From contig JAHFLQ010000004.1 of assembly GCA_023244815.1 (NCBI GenBank), forward strand, positions 1 through 59,259: a stretch of 59,259 nt of DNA, written 5' to 3'. Position 1 is the stretch's first letter; each line of letters opens with the position of its first letter. Positions 17,376 through 25,306 of the stretch are shown piece by piece. The notes under the pieces were generated by a model, which saw nothing but the letters and a program-made list of their open reading frames with translations, was not told where the DNA came from and ran no database searches. This DNA is from a bacterium. Its GTDB lineage: Bacteria > Patescibacteriota > Minisyncoccia > UBA6257 > WO2-44-18. Position numbers and translations under genes: made by a program.

Positions 17376-17927
17376 ATGATTAAAAGAAAATTTGGAATAG
17401 TAACTATCGCGCTTCTTAAACTAATCACCGAGCGGGGTAAGTTGCTTATCAATGAGATTTTAGCGAATCCAAGAAAGACACTTGGACAGAGTTTACGCGC
17501 TATAGCGGACGCCAAAGATTTCGACCAGCACTACGAAGCGCTAGAAAATCTGAAGGACTCAAATGTCCGCATGATAATTTCCCGACTTAAAAGTAGAGGC
17601 TTGATAGCTCGGTATGGTAAGCACTACATCCCTACTAAAACGGGAGAGTGGGTGATTAATAAATTAAAGTCAAAAGAAAAATTGGCATGGGATAAAAAAT
17701 GGAGGGTTGTATTTTTCGATATTCCGGAATCTAGGCGGGGTGATCGAAAGTGGCTAGTAGCAAACTTATTGAGCGAGGGATTTCGCTCTCTCCAAAAAAG
17801 CGTTTTTCTTGGCAAGAATCCATTAGATCAAGACTTAGCCGAGACATTAGTTAGAAAAAATCTTTATCGATTTGTCAGAATAATAACAATAGGTGAAATC
17901 GATGACGACAATATTTTAGAAATATAA
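17376..17927 (+). CDS. PaaX-like regulator (winged helix plus Cas2-like ferredoxin fold)
   Basis: NVRMIISRLKSRGLI (wHTH); WDKKWRVVFFDIPESRRGDR...GFRSLQKSVF (PaaX/Cas2-like). No CRISPR array or other cas genes in the window. Confidence 0.8.
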   Translation: MIKRKFGIVTIALLKLITERGKLLINEILANPRKTLGQSLRAIADAKDFDQHYEALENLKDSNVRMIISRLKSRGLIARYGKHYIPTKTGEWVINKLKSKEKLAWDKKWRVVFFDIPESRRGDRKWLVANLLSEGFRSLQKSVFLGKNPLDQDLAETLVRKNLYRFVRIITIGEIDDDNILEI

Positions 17928-17967
17928 CAGTTGCCAGCCGAACGGCCGATAAATGTTATAAATTATA

Positions 17968-18837
17968 ATGGAAACAAAAACTGATAAAAAATCAAATCAA
18001 CTTATCACGCCAGCCATTTTAATTTTAATTGCGGCGAATATTTTTATTTGGCGGTCGGTGGCTTTTAGCGCCGATTCCGGCAAGACGCAACTTTACTTTC
18101 TTAGCGTCGGGCAGGGGGACAGTGAGCTGGTGGTTTTGCCGGGCAACGTGAAAATTTTAATTGATGGCGGGCCGCCGAACGGCATGGTGCTGGACGAACT
18201 CGGTAAGATTCTGCCGCCGTTCGATCGTTACATCGATCTTGTGATTTTGAGCCATCCTCATCTGGATCATTATGGCGGGCTGATTGACGTGCTGAAAAGC
18301 TATCAGGTTGGCGCGATTATTGATAACGGCAATTCGGCTCCGATCAGCGCTTACGCGGATTTTGTGAACGCAATTAACAAAAACGGGGCGAAGCATTTGG
18401 TTTTGGAAGAAGGCGATGCGATTAAATATGGCGACGCGAGATTTGACGTGATTTCTCCCAATGCGAAAGATTTGGCGAGTTCGGTTGTCCACGATGGCTG
18501 TATCGTAATGATGTTTCGGGAAAAAGGTTTGCGCGCGCTTTATACCGGCGACATCGGTCGGGACACAGAAGACGAATTAATTCAGCGGTACAATCTTTCG
18601 GCGCAGATTTTGAAGGTTGGGCACCATGGCTCCAAGACCTCCAGTTCGCCGGAGTTTCTTCGGGCCGTTCACCCGCAATTTTCAGTTATTGAGGCTGGTT
18701 TACACAACACCTACGGCCATCCGACTAAACGGACGCTTGAGAATCTCGCTGATATCGGCGCGCAGATTTTCCGCACCGACCAGGGCGGTACGGTGAAATT
18801 TATTTTTGACGGCGGCAATCTTAAGGTTTTTAACTAA
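17968..18837 (+). CDS. metallo-beta-lactamase-fold protein (separate ComEC C-terminal domain)
   Basis: SVGQGDS, LIDGG, SHPHLDHYGG, TGDI, LKVGHHGSKTSS, NTYGHP, FRTDQGG. Confidence 0.92.
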   Translation: METKTDKKSNQLITPAILILIAANIFIWRSVAFSADSGKTQLYFLSVGQGDSELVVLPGNVKILIDGGPPNGMVLDELGKILPPFDRYIDLVILSHPHLDHYGGLIDVLKSYQVGAIIDNGNSAPISAYADFVNAINKNGAKHLVLEEGDAIKYGDARFDVISPNAKDLASSVVHDGCIVMMFREKGLRALYTGDIGRDTEDELIQRYNLSAQILKVGHHGSKTSSSPEFLRAVHPQFSVIEAGLHNTYGHPTKRTLENLADIGAQIFRTDQGGTVKFIFDGGNLKVFN

Positions 18838-18879
18838 CTTTACAAAAATAGAGAAGTATCGTTAATATAGGAATGTTCT

Positions 18880-19107
18880 TTGAGTGAGGGACTTGCTATG
18901 GCAATCATCATTATCTTAGTAGTGGTCACCATTGTCGCGAGCTTTTTCTGGGGGCGTTCCAGTAAGATTTATAAGGTTACGAGTGATTGCTTAGAACTAG
19001 TTGAGATCTATAAGGACTGCCTTGGAAAATATGAATTGGCAAACGCGAAGTCTCGGGAAGTAATAGAGATGCAAAAAAAACAATCGCGACATATAAACAG
19101 ATACTAA
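18880..19107 (+). CDS. small membrane-anchored coiled-coil protein (possibly frameshifted; -1 frame stays open to 19175)
   Basis: N-terminal TM; A8 run at 19073-19080; terminator 19184-19210. Confidence 0.6.
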   Translation: MSEGLAMAIIIILVVVTIVASFFWGRSSKIYKVTSDCLELVEIYKDCLGKYELANAKSREVIEMQKKQSRHINRY

Positions 19108-19241
19108 AGAATGGGGTGGGTGGGGATTACAATCATGGTAAAAAGCACCCTGAAGACGAACATGACTTTACCTAAAGACTTCTAATCTGCCACTGAAGTG
19201 GCAGATTTTTATTTTTAGTTTCTTGTGATAATATTTTATTC

Positions 19242-20621
19242 ATGCGGACTCTTATTGCGGATATAGTAAAACACGAGGGCAAAGAGGTGGAGCTGATGGG
19301 ATGGGTGGATGTCCGGCGGGATCACGGGAAGATTATTTTTATTGATTTGCGGGACCGGAGCGGGATTGCCCAGATTGTTTTTGCCGGAAAAGAAATGTAC
19401 GCGGCGTGCGACAAGCTGCGGCCCGAGTGGGTAGTGAAAATTTCCGGTAAGGTCGCCAAGCGCCCGGCGAGCATGGTAAATCCTAATTTACCCACCGGCG
19501 AATATGAAGTCCAGGCGACTGCGTTGGAAGTTTTTACCGAAGCGCAAACGCCGCCGATCGATGTTACCAGCGATGGCCGCGAAATTGGCGAGGAAAACCG
19601 GATGAAGTATCGCTATCTGGATTTGCGGCGCGCCCGTATGCAGAAGAATCTTCGCGCCCGTTCCAAAACGCTGGCATTTGTGGACGAGTATTTTAAAAAG
19701 CACGATTTCGTTGAGGTGGAGACGCCGATTCTCGGCAAGTCCACGCCGGAAGGAGCGCGTGATTATCTCGTGCCGTCACGATTGTATCCGGGAAAATTCT
19801 ACGCGTTGCCGCAGGCGCCCCAGCAGTATAAACAACTGCTTATGGTGGCCGGTCTGGAGCGTTATTTCCAGATCGCCCGCTGTTTCCGTGATGAAGACAC
19901 GCGCGGTGATCGCCAGCCGGAATTTACCCAGATTGATTTTGAAATGAGTTTTGTGGAACGCGAAGACGTGATGAATTATCTTGAGAGCTTTATCGTGGAG
20001 CTGGTAAAAAATGTTTATCCCGAAAAGCACATTACTGCCGTGCCGTTCCCGCGTTTAAACCACGCGGAGGCGATGAAGAAATATAAGAGCGACAAACCGG
20101 ATCTACGCAAAGACAAAAATGATGCAAACGAACTCTCCCTCACCTGGATCGTGGATTTTCCATTTTATGAATACGACGAGAATACAAAGGCATGGGATTT
20201 TGGCCACAACCCATTCAGTATGCCGGAGGGCGGAAATTTACCCGACAGTGAGGAAGATTTGAGCGGTGTCAAGGCAATGCAATACGACCTCATTCTTAAT
20301 GGTTTTGAGATCGCCGGCGGCAGTATCCGTAACCACAAGCCGGAATTATTAAAGAAAGCCTTCGAACTTTTAGGCTATAAGAACAATGTTATTATGGATA
20401 AGTTCGGCCATATGATTGAGGCGTTTTCCTACGGTGTGCCGCCGCACGGAGGCGCGGCGGTCGGCTTTGACCGCCTGATGATGCTTTTGCTCAACGAGCC
20501 GAACATCCGCGAAGTAATTGCGTTTACGAAAACCGGCGACGGACGAGACTTGATGAGCAACGCGCCGTCGGAAGTTGATGAGAAGCAGCTGAAAGAATTA
20601 CATATCAAGATCAGTAAATAA
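19242..20621 (+). CDS. aspS: aspartate--tRNA ligase (short form, without GAD insertion domain)
   Basis: RRDHGKIIFIDLRDRSG, PEGARDYLVPSR, ALPQAPQQYKQLLM, RQPEFTQID, PPHGG; 459 aa. Confidence 0.96.
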   Translation: MRTLIADIVKHEGKEVELMGWVDVRRDHGKIIFIDLRDRSGIAQIVFAGKEMYAACDKLRPEWVVKISGKVAKRPASMVNPNLPTGEYEVQATALEVFTEAQTPPIDVTSDGREIGEENRMKYRYLDLRRARMQKNLRARSKTLAFVDEYFKKHDFVEVETPILGKSTPEGARDYLVPSRLYPGKFYALPQAPQQYKQLLMVAGLERYFQIARCFRDEDTRGDRQPEFTQIDFEMSFVEREDVMNYLESFIVELVKNVYPEKHITAVPFPRLNHAEAMKKYKSDKPDLRKDKNDANELSLTWIVDFPFYEYDENTKAWDFGHNPFSMPEGGNLPDSEEDLSGVKAMQYDLILNGFEIAGGSIRNHKPELLKKAFELLGYKNNVIMDKFGHMIEAFSYGVPPHGGAAVGFDRLMMLLLNEPNIREVIAFTKTGDGRDLMSNAPSEVDEKQLKELHIKISK

Positions 20622-20643
20622 CTAATAGTAAAATCGCAATTTT

Positions 20644-21231
20644 ATGAAACTCAAAGAAGAGCAGACGTTGGTATTAATAAAGCCCGATGGTGTTAAAAGA
20701 GGGCTGATCGGGGAAATTATTCGGCGAATTGAACAGCGCGGCTTAAAGATTATTGCCTTGCAAATGTTCCAGGCCACCAAAGACGAACTGGGCAAGCATT
20801 ATTCCGATTCGTCGGAAAATCTGAAAGCGATGGGCGAAAAAACGCTCGCGACTTATCAAAAGCATGGATTGGACGCCGAAAAAGAAATTGGCACGGACGA
20901 TCCGGTGAAGATCGGCAAGATGGTGCATGGCTGGATCGTGGATTTTATGGCCGAGTCGCCGGTAGTAAAGATGGTAGTACAGGGCTTACACGCGGTAGAA
21001 ATGGTGAGAAAGCTTGTCGGCAACACGATGCCGTCGCAGGCGGAAATGGGTACGATCCGCGGCGATTATTCGGTAGATTCCGCCGTTCTCGCCAACGCCC
21101 AGAAGCGCGGCATTCGTAACCTGGTACACGCTTCCGGAAATGTTGCCGAAGCCGAAGCGGAAATAAAACTGTGGTTCAAGGATTCGGAAATTCATGCGTA
21201 CAAGAGAGCGGAAGAAGATATCATGTTTTAA
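20644..21231 (+). CDS. ndk: nucleoside diphosphate kinase
   Basis: TLVLIKPDGVKRGLIGEII, GTIRGDY, NLVHASG (catalytic His); carries an internal insertion. Confidence 0.95.
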   Translation: MKLKEEQTLVLIKPDGVKRGLIGEIIRRIEQRGLKIIALQMFQATKDELGKHYSDSSENLKAMGEKTLATYQKHGLDAEKEIGTDDPVKIGKMVHGWIVDFMAESPVVKMVVQGLHAVEMVRKLVGNTMPSQAEMGTIRGDYSVDSAVLANAQKRGIRNLVHASGNVAEAEAEIKLWFKDSEIHAYKRAEEDIMF

Positions 21232-21235
21232 GTGT

Positions 21236-21415
21236 CTTTGGCTCTCAAGCCGGACTGCCCTGCGTCACCAGAATAAATTTTTTCCTGCGAAAAATTTTTC
21301 TTCACCCTCGCCGAGCTATGGTTGATTAAGAGAATAATTATAATCAACCAACCAAGCTAGCTCGCCTGCGGGATGTGCCGCAGACCAATCCGGCTTGCGC
21401 CAAAGTTTATTCTGG
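21236..21415. repeat. structured intergenic element, family copy A
   Basis: Nested inverted repeats (21246-54/21389-97, 21312-18/21358-64, 21319-28/21341-50, 21268-77/21406-15); homologous to 27969-28139. Confidence 0.85.
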
Positions 21416-21470
21416 ACTTTTAACTGTAGGCGTGTTATTTTCTTGTCAGAACTTTTTATAAGGAGGATTT

Positions 21471-22169
21471 GTGCTGGAAACTGCCAAGCAAGCGATCTTG
21501 TCCACAGCGATTTCCTTGACGCTACACCGCTTTGAGCGGTTAAATAAGGGAGAGGAAGACGCGAAATGTAATTTTATGGCGAAGCTCAACATCCCAAAGA
21601 GGAAGACAAAAAATCCCGTCATTGTCGCGATGGTTGGTTTGGTTGGCTCTGGAAAGACTTCTGTTGCCAAGACGATCGCTCCTCTACTTGGCGCTACCAT
21701 TATCACTGGCGACGACATTCGTCTGGAATTGCATGCGAAGGGAGAACGTTACGACAAAGCGCGCATGATTGCCGAGGATGTTGCGATGGAGGCCATCAAG
21801 AAAGGTAGTAACGTGGTTTTGGATTCCGACGCGATTGATGCCAAGAAGCGAGCGAGTTTGCAGGCAAAAGCCAAAAAAAATGGCACAAAGGTTTTGTATG
21901 TGCGAGTTTATGCCGAGCGGGACGTGATGATCGAACGTCTGCTTTCCGCTAAGTACAGCCCGGAAAGTTTTTTCAAAAGCGCGACGATTGCTATTCGCGA
22001 GATGTGGCGGCGAACGCCCAATCATTATCGCTGGAATTCCAAAAATGGCGGAACATTCGAGTTGAAGAAGCTGTCTTTCCATATTTTCGCCACGACTGAT
22101 ACCACGGATTCCACCAAGTGGCCGGTTGAGGCTCACCGAACCGCGGAGAAAATCGCCAGTCAGTTTTAA
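21471..22169 (+). CDS. P-loop nucleotide kinase-like protein (AAA_33/gluconate-kinase type)
   Basis: Walker A GLVGSGKT, ITGDDIR, VVLDS; SD AGGAGG before GTG; terminator 22178-22203. Confidence 0.8.
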   Translation: MLETAKQAILSTAISLTLHRFERLNKGEEDAKCNFMAKLNIPKRKTKNPVIVAMVGLVGSGKTSVAKTIAPLLGATIITGDDIRLELHAKGERYDKARMIAEDVAMEAIKKGSNVVLDSDAIDAKKRASLQAKAKKNGTKVLYVRVYAERDVMIERLLSAKYSPESFFKSATIAIREMWRRTPNHYRWNSKNGGTFELKKLSFHIFATTDTTDSTKWPVEAHRTAEKIASQF

Positions 22170-22260
22170 GATCAATCAAGCGACCCATAACGGGTCGCTT
22201 TTGTTACAATGTTATAATAAAAAGTATCGCGAAAGGTCGCCTCTAATTTTTAAAATTATT

Positions 22261-22470
22261 ATGAACCAACATTGGAAATGTAGGATTTGGAAGAAGCTGT
22301 GGGGTTTGAGCCTGCTGGCTTCGGTGGTCGGCTGGGTGGCAGTTTTGCAAAACAGCCCGGTACTCGGTTTGCAGGGCGTTTACTGGTTTTTGACCGCCTT
22401 GTCGCTCGGTGTCTTGGCGATACCGATAAAGATGGATTGCCAGAATTGTGGAGTTTGCCAAGTCAAGTAA
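22261..22470 (+). CDS. small 2-TM membrane protein with C-terminal CxxCxxC
   Basis: ATG 22261; two hydrophobic segments; ends DCQNCGVCQVK. Confidence 0.65.
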   Translation: MNQHWKCRIWKKLWGLSLLASVVGWVAVLQNSPVLGLQGVYWFLTALSLGVLAIPIKMDCQNCGVCQVK

Positions 22471-22473
22471 AAT

Positions 22474-22501
22474 AAAAAAAGCGGCTTCACGCCGCTTTTT
22501 T
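22474..22501. terminator. bidirectional intrinsic terminator
   Basis: A7-GCGGC-ttcac-GCCGC-T6. Confidence 0.85.
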
Positions 22502-22502
22502 A

Positions 22503-22904
22503 GTCTCGCGTAAGATCCTCGGAAAGAATGTATCCGCCAGCCCCTGTACTTCACATATCCCACCAGAATTTGATAGCGGAAAAATGAGACGAGTTCGCGA
22601 AGCTGAGGCGTAAGTGTAGATTCTACTCTACGCCGAAAGCGACAATGAAATCGGCCATTTTTCCGCTACCCCGAAGGGGCGGGTAAATTTTGGCCAGCTC
22701 CTTTGTTGCGCTCGCCGGCAATAGAGTCTATTGCTCGGCTCGCGCGTCGCGGATCTGTCTAAAAATTTTCTCCGTCAAACTGCTGCGATATGTGAAGTAC
22801 ATGGGGACAGCATAGTGGGCGGGTTCATCGTTCCGACCAAAGCCGGAAGAGCTATTACCTTGCCCTGAATAAAGTATTTGATCCGGAATCTTAACAGCGG
22901 GACT
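22503..22904 (-). ncRNA. candidate long-hairpin ncRNA (6S-like?) with palindromic inserts in its apical region
   Basis: Extended -10 TGcTATACT (22911-22919, minus strand) just upstream; 5'/3' ends pair; 15-bp perfect stem 22545-59/22787-801; ends at a terminator; no credible ORF. Confidence 0.5.
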
Positions 22905-22938
22905 AATTTCAGTATAGCACAAAAGTTCAAAACTTAGC

Positions 22939-25251
22939 CTATGGCTTCAGTTTTAGCAAGATTCGTTTTATCAGTGCTTCAGCGGCGCCTTCGTGGCCGC
23001 GGACAATCATCAACGACGTATTGACGTCTTTAGCGAGAACCTCCGCCACGCTGCCTAATTTAAAGTGAGAAAGAAATTTCGGACGGGCGGAGCCGATAAT
23101 AATCAGATCATGATTTTTCTTCCGCGCCTCTTCCAAAATACTGCCGGCTATCGAGCGTCCAGAAACAAGATTGATTTCATCAAAATCCTTTTTCTTCAGT
23201 CCCATAGCATTCAGCATCACACTCGGGTCAGGCTTGAGGTAAGTCGGGATTTCCTGCCTGATTACGCTGAAGAGCTCCATCGTTGGTTTGAAGTAGTCGC
23301 GAAGGCCGCCGGCAATTTCTCCGATCAGTTCCAAATAAGGCCCCCGCGCTGATGGATGAGCAGAAACCAGAACGGATTTAAAGGGCTTGGCATCTTGCAC
23401 AACCAAGAGACCGCACTTGGATTCCCGCAGAATGCGATCAATTTTACTAGATAAAATAACGCCCTGAGTCTGGGTGTAGCCATACCAATTGAGAATCAGG
23501 AGGTCGCAGTCCTCTTGCTTAACCACGTCCAAAATTACATCCACCACATCGCGTCCGATGAGAATAAAACTGTGGAAATTAATATCTTTTATTTCAGGGC
23601 CAGTTCTTTGATTGTACTCGGCAACCAGCAAAGTAAGCTGATCGAAGAATTTCTTTTCTTCCTCCAATACCTCGGGTTTTATCGTCGATTGATTGAGTGG
23701 AAGTGCCGGCGGAATTTCATGGATGCGCACAATAACCAATTCGCCATCGAATTTACTGGTTAAGGCGAAAGCAGTTTCGCTCAAGTTTTTTATTTCTTCC
23801 CAAGAAAGATTTGGAGCAAGGGGCAAAAGAATCCGCTTGCCGGTTTTCGGGCCGATTCGGGCGGCTTGCTCATAAACGATGCCGGTTTCAAAAATTTCGC
23901 GGCTCTGGGTTTGGGCGTAAGCAAAATAGTTTACAAATCCGAGCAAGACCCAGAAGGCGGCGATTACCCAAGCGGTCAGATTAACCTGAATCAACGTGAA
24001 TCCCAAAACTACATAAACAGCAATAGCAATCAGCGGCAAGACCGGAAAAAGGGGGATTTTGTAATACCACGGCGTGTCCGGCCACTTGTAGTGAATATTA
24101 ATGCCGGCGATGTTCAACTGAAGAAAGAGCAGAATAAAGAGCAGGCTGGCAAGACTGGCGACATCGAAAAGCGGCAAGAAAGCCACCATCGCGACGATAA
24201 GCAGGATGGAAGCGATAACAGCTAAGTGCGGCGTCAGATTACGAAGGTGAATTGAGGAAAGCCGCGACCAGACGTTCTTGTCCCTCGCCAGGGCGTAGGA
24301 AACCCGGCTTGAAGAGTAGATGGTAGCGTTTAGGGCGGCGAGGTTAGCGAGCAACCCGCCGACTACCATGATGAAATGCCCGAACGGCATAAAGCTTTGA
24401 GCGGCCCTGGTGACGGCGCCCTCGCCCCAACCAGCCACAACCTGCCAAATCGGCCCTCCATCGCGAGTGGCCGCCATAATAATCAATGAAGTCAAAAGAT
24501 AGATTGCGCTGACTATGCCCCACGAGGCAATCAACCCAACCTTGATAGTTCGTTTAGGATCTCTTGTTTCCTCACCTGCCTGTACCTGAATCTCCGAACC
24601 TTCAAAGGCGATGTAAAAAAAACTAGCCGCGGCCAAGACCCCCAAAATTCCTGACGGCAGAAGCGGAGTGAAGTTGCCGAGTGATTGCGCCGGTTCGGTA
24701 AAAACTTTAAAAGCTCCGAACACAATAAACAAACCGAGGATTACTAAAAGGAATACGGCGATGACGTTGCCGGCTTGCCCGCTGGTTTTCGCCCCTTTCC
24801 ATTGAAAGTATCCAAAAACGAGAACTACCAAAGCGCCCACTATTTTTTCTATGGAAAAAAGCTCCAGGCCAAAATCATTGCCGGTCACTATTTTTACGAG
24901 TTCATAGGCATAGAACCCAAAGCTAAGCGCGTACAATCCAGCGGCTGCCGAGTGGGCAAACCAACTCATCCAGCCGGCCAGAAACCCCTGGAATTTCCCG
25001 AGTCCCTTACTTACCCAGAGGTATCCGCCGCCAGCCTCCGGGAAAGTCGTGCCGAGAGCGATATACATCTGAAGATTTAAGAAAGCGACGCCGGCTCCTA
25101 ACAGCATGGCGAGAAATAGTCCGGGACCAGCCAAGCCGGCGGCCGGTCCCAGTAAGGTAAAAATGCCGCCGCCGAGTAAAGCGCCGACACCTAGCAAAAT
25201 AATTGACCCTAACCCAAGAGTTCTGGCCAGTTTTACTTCTCCTTGTTCCAT
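22939..25251 (-). CDS. APC-family amino acid permease fused to universal stress protein (USP) domains
   Basis: LARTLGLGSIILLGVG, TFPEAGGGY, AFEGSE...EET, 12 TM; C-terminal CDLLILNW and DLIIIGSA...LGSVAEVLAK. Confidence 0.9.
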   Translation of the reverse strand: MEQGEVKLARTLGLGSIILLGVGALLGGGIFTLLGPAAGLAGPGLFLAMLLGAGVAFLNLQMYIALGTTFPEAGGGYLWVSKGLGKFQGFLAGWMSWFAHSAAAGLYALSFGFYAYELVKIVTGNDFGLELFSIEKIVGALVVLVFGYFQWKGAKTSGQAGNVIAVFLLVILGLFIVFGAFKVFTEPAQSLGNFTPLLPSGILGVLAAASFFYIAFEGSEIQVQAGEETRDPKRTIKVGLIASWGIVSAIYLLTSLIIMAATRDGGPIWQVVAGWGEGAVTRAAQSFMPFGHFIMVVGGLLANLAALNATIYSSSRVSYALARDKNVWSRLSSIHLRNLTPHLAVIASILLIVAMVAFLPLFDVASLASLLFILLFLQLNIAGINIHYKWPDTPWYYKIPLFPVLPLIAIAVYVVLGFTLIQVNLTAWVIAAFWVLLGFVNYFAYAQTQSREIFETGIVYEQAARIGPKTGKRILLPLAPNLSWEEIKNLSETAFALTSKFDGELVIVRIHEIPPALPLNQSTIKPEVLEEEKKFFDQLTLLVAEYNQRTGPEIKDINFHSFILIGRDVVDVILDVVKQEDCDLLILNWYGYTQTQGVILSSKIDRILRESKCGLLVVQDAKPFKSVLVSAHPSARGPYLELIGEIAGGLRDYFKPTMELFSVIRQEIPTYLKPDPSVMLNAMGLKKKDFDEINLVSGRSIAGSILEEARKKNHDLIIIGSARPKFLSHFKLGSVAEVLAKDVNTSLMIVRGHEGAAEALIKRILLKLKP

Positions 25252-25306
25252 AAAAAACCGCCTTTTAACAGCGATAGGTTTTATTATATACTATTTGGGA
25301 CTCTTT

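Noticed and set aside
17376-17927. CRISPR-Cas locus (Cas2)
   Set aside because: The protein has an N-terminal wHTH and the PaaX-type WDxxWR motif; no cas1, other cas genes or repeat-spacer array were found anywhere in the window.
22728-22922. 64-aa ORF
   Set aside because: It crosses the promoter-like box and the palindromic arms, with no SD or motif; better explained as non-coding structure.
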